The notes under the pieces were generated by a model, which was given only the letters and a program-made list of their open reading frames with translations, ran no database searches and was not told the origin of the DNA. A stretch of 52,368 bases of DNA, taken from the IMG/VR virus record IMGVR_UViG_3300025645_000102, positions 1 through 52,368 of that record; one strand, written 5' to 3'. A program made the translations under genes and the position numbers. This document shows, piece by piece, positions 17,966-27,887 of the stretch (the stretch's first letter is position 1; the number at the start of each line of letters is the position of its first letter). Origin of the DNA: a virus. Lineage: Duplodnaviria; Caudoviricetes.

Positions 17966-19760
17966 TATAAATAGTATGGAGTTCAGTAACATATTAAGCT
18001 ATGGAGATAGCAATGAGGTACACTTCAATAAGTCTGCCGTTACTCAACTTATTGGGAGTAATGGCGCAGGTAAGTCGTCTATTCCTATCATACTAGAAGA
18101 AGGGTTGTTTAACAAAAACTCTAAAGGAATTAAGAAAGGCGACCTACTTAATAAGTTTAGTACAAAACCGACATATAATATCAAAATCCGTTTTACTGTA
18201 GACGTAGATCAATACGTTATAGACAAGACCGTAGGTAGCACAACAAAAGTTACATTACACAAAAATGATGAAGATATTTCTGGGCATACTACTACTCAAA
18301 CATACAAATCTATGGAAGAAATCTTTGGGGTGGACTTCATGACTTTTACTAAGATAGTATATCAATCTATGGTTAGTAGTTTAGATTTTATAAGTGCTAC
18401 AGATAGTACTAGAAAAAAGTTTCTAATATCACTATTAGGACTGGAAAAATATGTTGCTAAAGAATTGATTCTTAAAGATAATCTAAAAGCTAACAAAACT
18501 CTGTTGATTGGGGCGGAAAGCTCAGTCAATACTATAAACTCTATTATAAAATCTCAAGGCACTATACCTACTGTGGTAGAAGTTCCTGAACTAGAAGATA
18601 TTAATACAGAGGCGTTGTATACCCTACAGGCTACAAAGAAAGCAGAACTAGCTGACATAAAAACTAGGAATAAAGCCATAGAGTCTAACAATAAAGCGAA
18701 AGCAGAGTTAGACGCTTTGGATCTTGTAGTAGAACCTATAAGTACAAAACTTACGCATATTTCTAGAGAAGAGATACAATACCAAGGACATGGTAGAATC
18801 AGCGCAGCACTACATTCTGAACTATATAAGTTAGAATTAGCTAAAGATACTTGCCCTACATGCAAACAACCAGTGGACATATCCGATACTTTACAACGCA
18901 TAGCAGATATAGAAGCCGAATTAGTTTCTAACAGCATAGAAGAGAAAAAGTTAAAAGATTATATAAAAATAGCTACAACACACAACAGTTTAATAGATAA
19001 GTACGAAACTTATACCAAAGAACTAGCAGTGTTGCGTGGTAGGTACGATCCTACGGTTTCTGCGGAATATCTTATTGCTGATACTTTAGTTGCAGAAATT
19101 AAAGTAGTAACTGCTGAGATTGCAGACCTAAACTCTAAAATGCAAGATAGCATAGATTTAAGGGATGCTGCTATACGCACAAACAACTTAGTAGAGATTA
19201 AACAAGCTCAATTAAAAGATAACCAGGCCAAACTTAAAATAGAGAGTACAAAACTTATGGAGTCTAGCGTGTTATGTGCCAGACTCGAGACGTTAGTAGC
19301 TTCTATGGGCAGTAAAGGTCTTATAGCTTATAAAATCGAATCTTTAGTAAAAGTATTCGAAGAACTCATTAATGAATATTTACAAGTTCTTTCTGATGGG
19401 GAGTTTACTCTTAAGTTCGTAATGGACGAGACCAAGCTTCAAATTAATCTAAGATCTGATAGCGTTGATATGGATATTAAGTCTATATCGAGCGGAGAGT
19501 TTAACAAAGTAAATACCGCAACATTGTTGGCCGTAAGAAAGATGTTGACTTCTATATCTAAAATTGATATAAATTTATTATTCTTAGATGAAGTGGTCGC
19601 CGTACTAGACCCAGAAAGTAAAGATACATTGATTAATTTGCTTTTAAGCGAAGAAAATTTAAATACAATAGTAGTAAGTCATGGGTATACTCACCCGCTT
19701 GCTTCTAGACTGAACGTCATTAAGGAGAATAAAATATCAAGGTTAAAATTAGATGAGTAG
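17958..19760 (+). CDS. D13: SbcC/Rad50-like ATPase subunit
   Basis: GSNGAGKS, coiled coil with CPTC zinc hook, SSGE signature, LFLDE, VSH. Confidence 0.92.
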   Translation: MISINSMEFSNILSYGDSNEVHFNKSAVTQLIGSNGAGKSSIPIILEEGLFNKNSKGIKKGDLLNKFSTKPTYNIKIRFTVDVDQYVIDKTVGSTTKVTLHKNDEDISGHTTTQTYKSMEEIFGVDFMTFTKIVYQSMVSSLDFISATDSTRKKFLISLLGLEKYVAKELILKDNLKANKTLLIGAESSVNTINSIIKSQGTIPTVVEVPELEDINTEALYTLQATKKAELADIKTRNKAIESNNKAKAELDALDLVVEPISTKLTHISREEIQYQGHGRISAALHSELYKLELAKDTCPTCKQPVDISDTLQRIADIEAELVSNSIEEKKLKDYIKIATTHNSLIDKYETYTKELAVLRGRYDPTVSAEYLIADTLVAEIKVVTAEIADLNSKMQDSIDLRDAAIRTNNLVEIKQAQLKDNQAKLKIESTKLMESSVLCARLETLVASMGSKGLIAYKIESLVKVFEELINEYLQVLSDGEFTLKFVMDETKLQINLRSDSVDMDIKSISSGEFNKVNTATLLAVRKMLTSISKIDINLLFLDEVVAVLDPESKDTLINLLLSEENLNTIVVSHGYTHPLASRLNVIKENKISRLKLDE

Positions 19761-20211
19761 TGCTCAAAGCCAAAAAGGTTCGCGTTTTGAGTACGCTATA
19801 AGAGACCTCTTAACAGAGAAAACAGGAGTAAAATGGGACAGAGTTCCCCTATCCGGTGGTGGTAGTATGAAAGGAGACTTATATTGTTTAACTAACCACT
19901 ACTACCATTGTTTCGAGTTAAAGTCTTTTAAAGACACAGTTATCCAAGAAAACTTACTATCTGCTAAGTCCAACAATATATATGGTTGGTGGGATCAATG
20001 TGTTAGAGAAGCAAAACAAATGAACAGAATCCCTGCGTTAGTTTTTAAGAAAGATAGAGGTAAGCCTTTAATCTTAATAGAAGAGAGCCTGCCAGACCTT
20101 AATTTTATGCAACTTCAATCAAGTTTAGGGGATACTGAGATCTCAGGATCTATTTACCTATTTACTGAGTGGTTGGCTAAAAAAGATATAAGTGAGTTAA
20201 TAATAAAATGA
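19753..20211 (+). CDS. D14: PD-(D/E)XK Holliday junction resolvase-like endonuclease
   Basis: KGSRFE...RVPLSG...GD...FELK...WWDQ. Confidence 0.82.
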   Translation: MSSAQSQKGSRFEYAIRDLLTEKTGVKWDRVPLSGGGSMKGDLYCLTNHYYHCFELKSFKDTVIQENLLSAKSNNIYGWWDQCVREAKQMNRIPALVFKKDRGKPLILIEESLPDLNFMQLQSSLGDTEISGSIYLFTEWLAKKDISELIIK

Positions 20212-21068
20212 AAAGTATACTAGAGTTAGATCAAGTAGTAAACTCTGTGCCTTTGGAGAATTTACTTATAATAGATTGTATGAACTTTGCGTTTAGATTT
20301 AAACAGCGAGGTTCTACAGATTTTGCAGTAGATTTTCTTAAAACTATAGATTCCTTTGCAAGCTCTTATGGGGCTAGAGAAGTTATTTTAACGGCAGATC
20401 TGAAGTACTCAAAGTATAGGAAAAATATTGATCCTGGGTATAAAGAAGGTAGGAAAGCAAAATACGTTACTCAAACAGAAGAAGAAAAAGAACAAGTAAA
20501 ATTATTCTTTGAGGGATATGAAAAAGCCCTAGAGTTGGCCGCTACTAAATATTCTCTGATTAGGTTAGAGTACGTAGAAGCAGATGATTTGGCCGCTTAT
20601 TTAGTTAGAGAATTAAGCAGCAGCTTTGAGCATACGTGGTTAATAAGTTCTGACGCGGATTGGGATTTATTATTAGCAGATAATGTTAGTCGTTTCTCTT
20701 TCATTACTAGAAAAGAATATATTAACGAGTGTTTCTACGACGATCATTCATGTGATTCCGCAGAACAATTCCTAAGTATAAAAGTGCTACAAGGAGATAC
20801 TGGAGACAGCATTCCTGGAGTAGAAGGTGTGGGCATAAAAAGAGCTTATAATCTAGTTAGAGAATATGGTTCTGCTTTCGATATACACGATCAGATTCCT
20901 TTAGAGGGATCTCAAAAGTTTATACAGAATATAAATGCAAGCGCAGACTTAATACTTAAAAACTATAAACTTATAGATCTTGTTTCTTTCTGTGAGGACG
21001 CTATAGCGTTTCCTTGCCTTAAAAATATAAAAACTATGGAGACATTTTGTGCTAAATATCGTAGTTAA
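20208..21068 (+). CDS. D15: 5'-3' exonuclease / flap endonuclease
   Basis: IIDCMN, YKEGRK, EADD, SSDADW, GDTGDSIPGVEGVGIKRA (H3TH). Confidence 0.93.
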   Translation: MKSILELDQVVNSVPLENLLIIDCMNFAFRFKQRGSTDFAVDFLKTIDSFASSYGAREVILTADLKYSKYRKNIDPGYKEGRKAKYVTQTEEEKEQVKLFFEGYEKALELAATKYSLIRLEYVEADDLAAYLVRELSSSFEHTWLISSDADWDLLLADNVSRFSFITRKEYINECFYDDHSCDSAEQFLSIKVLQGDTGDSIPGVEGVGIKRAYNLVREYGSAFDIHDQIPLEGSQKFIQNINASADLILKNYKLIDLVSFCEDAIAFPCLKNIKTMETFCAKYRS

Positions 21069-21465
21069 TGAAGAAAAACTTACCCCTACAATAGGGACTC
21101 TGGGGTCGGCGGGATATGATTTATATTTATCTTATGACGCTTCAATAACACCAGGGACATCTCGTATGATAGGTACGGGAGTAAAGGTTGCCATACCTTT
21201 AGGATACGCTGGAATAATTTCTCCCAGATCTAGTACCGGAAAATTAGGGCTAGGTCTAGCTAACACGATGGGTTGGATAGATTCAGATTATCGCGGAGAA
21301 ATTATGCTCAACGTAAAAAATACAGGCACAAGTACGGCTATGTTGTATAAATACGACAGGTTATTTCAAATGATAGTAGTCCCAGTAGTAACGTTACCAA
21401 TAAACATTGTAACTACACTAGATGAGACAGAAAGAGGAGAGGGCGGTTTTGGAAGCACAAGTTAA
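21049..21465 (+). CDS. dut: trimeric dUTPase
   Basis: AGYDL, PRSS, GWIDSDYRGEI, RLFQ, RGEGGFGST; GTG start after GGAG. Confidence 0.95.
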   Translation: MLNIVVNEEKLTPTIGTLGSAGYDLYLSYDASITPGTSRMIGTGVKVAIPLGYAGIISPRSSTGKLGLGLANTMGWIDSDYRGEIMLNVKNTGTSTAMLYKYDRLFQMIVVPVVTLPINIVTTLDETERGEGGFGSTS

Positions 21466-21625
21466 TGAAGAGTTACGATTAAAGGGTATATATTTTGATA
21501 TGATAGCCTCATATGAAACTAGGATTAAACATATGGAGTCAGCGTTGTTAAATCTATGTACTACTGCTAAAGTAGAAACGGTACAAGGGTTAAAAGAGTT
21601 TATTGAAGCCAGCATGGAATCATAA
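21422..21625 (+). CDS. small hypothetical protein after dUTPase; true start may be TTG 21449
   Basis: Fills the gap up to the terminator; AGGAG at 21435-21439 precedes the in-frame TTG 21449. Confidence 0.45.
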   Translation: MRQKEERAVLEAQVNEELRLKGIYFDMIASYETRIKHMESALLNLCTTAKVETVQGLKEFIEASMES

Positions 21626-21627
21626 AT

Positions 21628-21657
21628 AAAAAAGCCGAGCATATAGCTCGGCTTTTT
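21628..21657. terminator. bidirectional terminator at the early/late convergence
   Basis: AAAAAAGCCGAGC-ATATA-GCTCGGCTTTTT, between convergent genes. Confidence 0.9.
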
Positions 21658-21675
21658 GCTGTTTGGAGTTATTGT

Positions 21676-22437
21676 TTACACAACGCCCCACACTGCAGCC
21701 ATATTCAATACGGCTAGTTGATGTGCTAGTTTTACATCGGCTAGTGTTACATCTGTCATAACACCTGTGCTTGTATCTGCTAAAGACCACGACATTGAAA
21801 AAGTATCTTCTTCTGCAATGGCTGCTAGTATTGCACTTGCCATACGTCCGATTGATATTTCATCAGCATCAAACTGAAACCCATTAGCATCAACGACAGC
21901 GTTGTCTATTAGAACTTGTCTACTAGACTTAAACGATGCAAGTGCTGCTGCGTTATCTCTTTTAGCTTTCATAGCTACTAGGTCTTGTATAACAGGTCTA
22001 GTAGGAGCTACTAACTCATCAGGTTCTTCCAAAGGAATTTCAACACCATCTTCATCCAACTCAGGAACATAATTAGCTATTAACTCTAATCGTTCTTGAA
22101 CAGCAACAAGATAATCTTTATATTCATTAAACCACTCTAGCTGTTCTCCTGCGGCTACCATAGCTACAAAAGCGTCAATTACACGTGATGGTTTAGATAA
22201 TGAGATTACACGCTCTAAATCAGCCTTAGATTTAGTCTCAGGAGTAGGTAACTCTTTAATATAAAGAACGTCTGCATACTCGCTTACTAGACGTGAACCA
22301 GATTGCTCTACCCCCTCTTCATCAGTATAAGTAAATGTTTCAGATACTTGCTCACCCGTTCGCTCACTAACAGTAACTTCTTCGTAAAACTCCCGTATTT
22401 CTACGGGGACTTCTAGTAGTGTATTATATTCAATCAT
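21676..22437 (-). CDS. tail fibre-associated protein (C-terminus DUF4376-like)
   Basis: Coupled to the fibre gene; FDADEISIGRM...WSLAD C-terminal pattern. Confidence 0.6.
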   Translation of the reverse strand: MIEYNTLLEVPVEIREFYEEVTVSERTGEQVSETFTYTDEEGVEQSGSRLVSEYADVLYIKELPTPETKSKADLERVISLSKPSRVIDAFVAMVAAGEQLEWFNEYKDYLVAVQERLELIANYVPELDEDGVEIPLEEPDELVAPTRPVIQDLVAMKAKRDNAAALASFKSSRQVLIDNAVVDANGFQFDADEISIGRMASAILAAIAEEDTFSMSWSLADTSTGVMTDVTLADVKLAHQLAVLNMAAVWGVV

Positions 22438-25400
22438 TATGATTTTCCTGTGAAGAATGGTAGTGCCACTCGTTTCTGACCTATTAGTACTGCGTTACCG
22501 TTGTCGTCCAATACTGTTGATTCACCGCTTACGATGTTGAACTTGTTGTCATCACCGAAGCCGTTACCGTCCCAACGTTTAAAGTAGACAAACCCATTTG
22601 AACCTATTAAGTTTCCATTTACTTCTGAAAATATTGCGTTAGTTAGTGCGGTGTTGGGGTCATAAACGCAATACCAGTGACCTCGGAATGGCCCGTCCGT
22701 AATGTGGTAGTAATCCCCTACAACCCACACTGTATTAGTCTCCGACTTAATATTAAACTCTGCGCTATTATCCAACGCAGTATCCCAAATCATCTCTTTA
22801 TAAACCCACTGCAAATAATACTGTGAGTTCTCAGATGTGATGTACGGGAAGGTTTTTACTGTTGGTGCAGTCGCTCCAGCATTCCCCATGCCAATAGGTA
22901 TACCTTCATGCTCTGTTGGGTAGAGACTGTAGCCATCTAAATACCCGTTCACTAGTACGTAATTACGTAACTTGTTGCCATACAGTAATGTGGGTGCAGT
23001 GGTTCCTATGGCGACTTTACCTAGGAGTGCGTTATTAAGGCTTGCACCATAAGGGTCTCCGAAGTAGTTACTAGCAAACACATCACCAAGCTCACCAATC
23101 ACTACAGCATTATTAGCCAGTACATATGGGTTAGCGGGTGTTGGGTAAGTCCATAAAGTAACTTGCCCTAGGGGATATGGGACATCTCTCCCATTGATAA
23201 TATTATCAAAAGCAGGAGCGTTTGTAAGCCAAGTGGCTCCGTCATCATTGGTGAAGAATTGCTTTACTGTTCCAGACAAGAGGTTCTTTTTATTCGCTTC
23301 AAATACCTTGCTAGTGCTATCAGGTATAACAGGAATCCACTGACCATAAACACCATCAGGGAACGTAGCAGCTATGTTAGTTGGGTCTCCGATTATGTCC
23401 TGCCAAGGGAGTGTCTCGTATTGTGGTGTTCTGTACTTAGAGGCTGAAATCATAAATGTATCATCACCGCCTGTACGGAAGATGACACCTCCATCTAACG
23501 CCTCCACAACAACTCTTGTTGCTGAGGAGTCCACACCTACAACTTTAATGGGATACCAAGTACCATTACCAAAACTTGCCCCTATATCTCCTAAGGCAAT
23601 CGTACCATTGTGGGCAACATCTAAATTCAAAGTCCCAGATGATACATTTCCTGCTCCGTGACTAGAGAAAGGGAAGAAAGTAAAAGGAACACTCTCCTTC
23701 CCACGAATAGTCCCTGCTATACCTTTCCTGCTGTACTCATTGAGTAATTCATTAGTAGTTTGTCTGTTACTTGATGTACGTAAATCCTGTACTTGTCCTG
23801 CGTAGATTGCATCGTAGTATAGGAATGGGTCGTTAGTGGGTCTGCCTGCGAAGGTAGCACCACCAGAAATGCTACCTTCTGTACCAACATTGTAAGACAT
23901 GCAATCGGCAAGTGAGGTCATAGGTGTAGGTAGATTATACCACTCGTATATACTTACTCCGCTAATATGATAATTGGCAGTTCCCTCAGGATTATAAACA
24001 GGATGATAAGCACCTTGGTTCAATCTCTGTACCAGTGCTATTGGAATGGCGAAGCATAGTCCGTTGTGTGCAAATAAACTTGCCTGAGAAGCATAACGAA
24101 CACCAAAGATTCCAGCATCACCTTTTATACCATCGTACAACTCAACAGCGTAACTTCCTGTTGTACTGGCATACATATGATTCCAATCATTACTGTTGGC
24201 ACGATTGGAGTCAACATTGTCCGTTTTAATTCCTCTAGGTAATACTGATGTATTGAGATTGAGGTTACTATCGAAATTTAGAAATTGGTCAAACAACCAA
24301 TCATCACCCAGTCCCTCAACAACACGCATACGATAACGAACTTGTATTAACTCACCATCATCGTTATAGATGTTATTCTCAGGGTCTTGTAAGAACTTGA
24401 CTTTATCTGCGGCACTCAATGTAGACCACGTAACACCATGACCTGTAGTCGTTGTATCCCACTCACCGAATGCTGAATAACCCTGTGCAACTAGTGAAGT
24501 ACTGAGAGAAATTCCTTCCCACGTAGTAGCACCGTACTGAACATTACCTAGGGGGTAGACTACGTCTTTGTCAGATATAGCTTCATGGAATGATTCAAGG
24601 AATACAAAGTCCTGACGAGTAGTTATGACTGATTCTGTTGCTGGCATTACTGATATAGAGTTGTATATCGCTGTAGCTTCTAAAGTTCCACTTGTGGTGT
24701 CTAGGGTAATGTACTGCACGGCGGTTGTGGATGTAAATTCAACAACAGTTAGTTGGTTATTGGGTAGAGCGGTGGGGGCTAAATCCCCCGAAGTTCCAAT
24801 ACTTGAGCCTATATATATCCTTGAAATTGTTGCAGAACCTCCAGCTTTCGCCACCTCTACCCTGTATGTCTTCCCTATTTCAGTAGTGATTTGTGCATAG
24901 ACGTAGCTTGCATTTGCTGCGCCATTTGTAACAGTTAATACGCCATTAGTTACACTCGCATCACCATTGCTTGCAACACTCCAACCAGTAGTACCATCCC
25001 TAAAGTCACCATTAATAACAACACCCTCAAATGCTTCATTACTCGTAGCATGAGTTACTACTGCACCTGTAGCACTGTCGTATGTTTTAGTACCGTCTGG
25101 GGCAAGTGGGAACTCTAGTACGGCTGCCACAGTGTTACTGGAATTAATATACGCTAACGAGTGATTAACCCCATTAACAGAAGCAATAGCTTCTCCAGTT
25201 CTGGACATACCACTCAAGTTAGACGAGCCTATGAACCTCCCAATCCGAAGTATATCGCTCCCACCTATTGATATACCCTCATTCACTTGGTCAATATTGC
25301 TTTGATTTTTACCCCACTCAGCAAAACCTGAGCCAGCATTATCTCTAATACGTTTCTCAGAAAGTGCGAAGAAGTCTGCTTTAGACATTATTGTTTTGGC

Positions 25401-27878
25401 GAGTTCTATACCTGCGGTGTTAGTTGCTATGTTGCTAGTGTTAGTGTTTACAGTAGTTGTATTAGCTTTTAAATCAAGAGCTGTTTGTTGTGCAGTACTT
25501 ACAGGCTTGTTTGCATCTGACGAGTTATCAACGTTGCTTAACCCAACGTCTGATTTAACAAGAGATACAACTCCCGTTTTACCTGCTACAGAGTCTACAA
25601 CATTAACTTCAGCTCCTGCTGCTATATTGTCAAGTTTAGTATTATCTGCACTAGTAAAACTTATTTCAGATAATCCTCCATCTCCTACCGAGTAAGTTGT
25701 ATCTGTAAATACTGCCCCAGTAGGTACGTTAGTCAAAACTTGCGTATCATCTACTTTATTATTTAAAGCAGCTTGAGTTAGAGTAGATATAGGCTTATTT
25801 GTATCTGATGTATTATTTACGTTACTTAAGCCCACATCTGCTTTAGATAAAGTAACTACACCTGTCTTACCAGCTACCGAAATAATAGCATCTGTATTGT
25901 CTATTTTATCCCAAGTAGTGCCGTTAGAAACAACCCAGTCTCCTACGTTCCAATCTAAAATACCAGAAAGATCGGTAGTTCCTGCTGTAGATACTTTGTA
26001 ATAAATACCCTGTGCAGCAATAGTAGTTAAATCCGGAGTATTAGTTTCCGCATCCCACACACCTGAGTATACTAATGCCCCTAAAAAAGAATCAGGAAGG
26101 TTTATTACAGGAATTTTACTGTCTGCCCCTAGAGGAGCCAGCCCATTAGCAGCATTAATCAGTGTATCGTCTATTTTACTATCTAAAGCGGTTTGAGTAG
26201 CCGTAGATATGGGCTTGTCAGCATCAGAGGTGTTATCTACATTTTCTAACCCTACGTCTGTAGCGTCTAAAGTTATATTAGTTGATAAGTCTTGGTTGTT
26301 GATTGTTCTTGTGGTGAGAACATAATTCTCTGTCCCAGCTACTAGCTCGGCTTGCTCTGACCAATATTTAGCAGAAAATCTACCTGCAATTACTTCAGTA
26401 CTTTTATCTGCCCAATCCTCTGCTAAATCTCTAGCAGTTTCTGCTCCAGTTTCAGCTGTTTCTGCTGAAATGTTAGCCGTCTCGGCTAAACCTTGCGCTG
26501 TCTGTGCCCCAGTCCTAGCAGTTTCTGCTAAACCCTGTGCAGTTTCTGCTGCTGTTTTAGCTGTTTCTGCTCCAGTCTCTGCTGTTTCTGCTAAACCTTG
26601 TGCAGTTTCTGCTGCTGTTTGTGCAGTTTCTGCTGCTGTTTTAGCTGCTTCAGCCAAACCTTGTGCGGTCTGAGCTCCAGTCTCTGCTGTTTCTGCGTCA
26701 GTTTTAGCTGTTTGTGCCGCAATCTCTGTAGCTTCTGCTCCAGCCTGTGCAGTTTCTGCTGCTGTTTTAGCTGTCTGTGCATCGGTTCTAGCAGTTTCTG
26801 CTAAGCCCTGTGCAGTTTCTGCTGCAGTTTTAGCTGTCTGTGCATCGGTTCTAGCAGTTTCTGCTAAACCCTGTGCAGTTTCTGCTGCTGTTTGTGCAGC
26901 TTCTGCTCCAGTCTCTGCAGTTTCTGCTGCTGTTTTAGCTGTCTGTGCTTCAGTTCTAGCGATTTCTGCTAAGCCCTGTGCTGTCTGTGCTGCAGTCTCT
27001 GCAGTTTCTGCTAAACCTTGTGCAGTTTGTGCTCCAGTCTCTGCAGTTTCTGATGCGGTTTTAGCTGTTTGTGCTTCATTTCTAGCAGCTTCTGCTAAGC
27101 CCTGTGCAGTTTCTGCTGCAGTTTTAGCTGTCTGTGCATCGGTTCTAGCAGTTTCTGCTAAACCCTGTGCAGTTTCTGCTGCTGTTTGTGCGTCCGATAC
27201 ACCCGTCTGTGCAGTTTGTGCTCCAGTCCTAGCAGTTTCTGCTAAACCCTGTGCAGTTTCTGCTAAGCCCTGCGCAGCTTCTGCTCCAGTCTCTGCAGTT
27301 TCTGCACCAGTCCTAGCTGCTTCTGCTCCAGTCTCTGCAGTTTCTGCTGCTGTTTTAGCGTTTGTAGCCTGTAAAACTAGGGATAATAATGTCGTTTCTA
27401 TTGTGCCTAGATCTGCCTCGGCCGTATTGACTCTAGTTTCTAGAGCATTTAGATCGGTTGCAGCAGTGCCTGCTGCAACTATTAAAGCCTCCAAGGCAAA
27501 GGGAGTAGATACGTCTCTAGGTGTTCCCGATGCATCTAGCATTTCAGAAGTCACTGCGTCTGTGCTGAGCCAAGTGATAAAACGACCAAAGTGGTTAGAC
27601 CAGGTTTGGTTATTCTCTTCGATTATGTTTAAAGCTTCGGCTAGTCTTACTTGTCCTGATACTATGGTAGCAGTACCCGGTGCCAAAGTAAACTCTGCTG
27701 CTTCTCTAAGCGTTATGTTCTGATTAGAAATACTAGCTATTATAAGCGGTAGATTACTCTCAGTAAATATAAGATCCCCCTCCCTAAATAGGGAGAGATC
27801 CTCGGAACCATTAACAGTGGCGGCGGTGCTGCCACTGTTAATGGTTATACTTGCTATGTTTACAAAATTAGTTGCCAT
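22437..27878 (-). CDS. lateral (L-shaped-type) tail fibre / receptor-binding protein, 1813 aa
   Basis: T5 ltf position; long Ala/Glu/Thr heptad stalk; VGLxNVxNxSDxxKPxS repeats; NGDF..G.TGW CBM-like domain; GAGG SD. Confidence 0.8.
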   Translation of the reverse strand: MATNFVNIASITINSGSTAATVNGSEDLSLFREGDLIFTESNLPLIIASISNQNITLREAAEFTLAPGTATIVSGQVRLAEALNIIEENNQTWSNHFGRFITWLSTDAVTSEMLDASGTPRDVSTPFALEALIVAAGTAATDLNALETRVNTAEADLGTIETTLLSLVLQATNAKTAAETAETGAEAARTGAETAETGAEAAQGLAETAQGLAETARTGAQTAQTGVSDAQTAAETAQGLAETARTDAQTAKTAAETAQGLAEAARNEAQTAKTASETAETGAQTAQGLAETAETAAQTAQGLAEIARTEAQTAKTAAETAETGAEAAQTAAETAQGLAETARTDAQTAKTAAETAQGLAETARTDAQTAKTAAETAQAGAEATEIAAQTAKTDAETAETGAQTAQGLAEAAKTAAETAQTAAETAQGLAETAETGAETAKTAAETAQGLAETARTGAQTAQGLAETANISAETAETGAETARDLAEDWADKSTEVIAGRFSAKYWSEQAELVAGTENYVLTTRTINNQDLSTNITLDATDVGLENVDNTSDADKPISTATQTALDSKIDDTLINAANGLAPLGADSKIPVINLPDSFLGALVYSGVWDAETNTPDLTTIAAQGIYYKVSTAGTTDLSGILDWNVGDWVVSNGTTWDKIDNTDAIISVAGKTGVVTLSKADVGLSNVNNTSDTNKPISTLTQAALNNKVDDTQVLTNVPTGAVFTDTTYSVGDGGLSEISFTSADNTKLDNIAAGAEVNVVDSVAGKTGVVSLVKSDVGLSNVDNSSDANKPVSTAQQTALDLKANTTTVNTNTSNIATNTAGIELAKTIMSKADFFALSEKRIRDNAGSGFAEWGKNQSNIDQVNEGISIGGSDILRIGRFIGSSNLSGMSRTGEAIASVNGVNHSLAYINSSNTVAAVLEFPLAPDGTKTYDSATGAVVTHATSNEAFEGVVINGDFRDGTTGWSVASNGDASVTNGVLTVTNGAANASYVYAQITTEIGKTYRVEVAKAGGSATISRIYIGSSIGTSGDLAPTALPNNQLTVVEFTSTTAVQYITLDTTSGTLEATAIYNSISVMPATESVITTRQDFVFLESFHEAISDKDVVYPLGNVQYGATTWEGISLSTSLVAQGYSAFGEWDTTTTGHGVTWSTLSAADKVKFLQDPENNIYNDDGELIQVRYRMRVVEGLGDDWLFDQFLNFDSNLNLNTSVLPRGIKTDNVDSNRANSNDWNHMYASTTGSYAVELYDGIKGDAGIFGVRYASQASLFAHNGLCFAIPIALVQRLNQGAYHPVYNPEGTANYHISGVSIYEWYNLPTPMTSLADCMSYNVGTEGSISGGATFAGRPTNDPFLYYDAIYAGQVQDLRTSSNRQTTNELLNEYSRKGIAGTIRGKESVPFTFFPFSSHGAGNVSSGTLNLDVAHNGTIALGDIGASFGNGTWYPIKVVGVDSSATRVVVEALDGGVIFRTGGDDTFMISASKYRTPQYETLPWQDIIGDPTNIAATFPDGVYGQWIPVIPDSTSKVFEANKKNLLSGTVKQFFTNDDGATWLTNAPAFDNIINGRDVPYPLGQVTLWTYPTPANPYVLANNAVVIGELGDVFASNYFGDPYGASLNNALLGKVAIGTTAPTLLYGNKLRNYVLVNGYLDGYSLYPTEHEGIPIGMGNAGATAPTVKTFPYITSENSQYYLQWVYKEMIWDTALDNSAEFNIKSETNTVWVVGDYYHITDGPFRGHWYCVYDPNTALTNAIFSEVNGNLIGSNGFVYFKRWDGNGFGDDNKFNIVSGESTVLDDNGNAVLIGQKRVALPFFTGKS
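26420..27368 (-). repeat. 21-nt-period coding tandem repeat (about 45 heptads)
   Basis: Units AETAQGL, AETARTD, AQTAKTA, AETAETG; GCAGTTTCTGC recurs on the + strand. Confidence 0.9.
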
Positions 27879-27887
27879 TTTTACCTC

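Noticed and set aside
93-21642. - strand ORFs within the early region (e.g. 7773-8252, 12693-13220) and the nested 13517-13714 ORF
   Set aside because: Overlap conserved + strand genes; no independent evidence
26470-26804. Cys-rich, Gln-rich and Ala/Val-rich small ORFs
   Set aside because: Alternative-frame readings of the 21-nt fibre repeat
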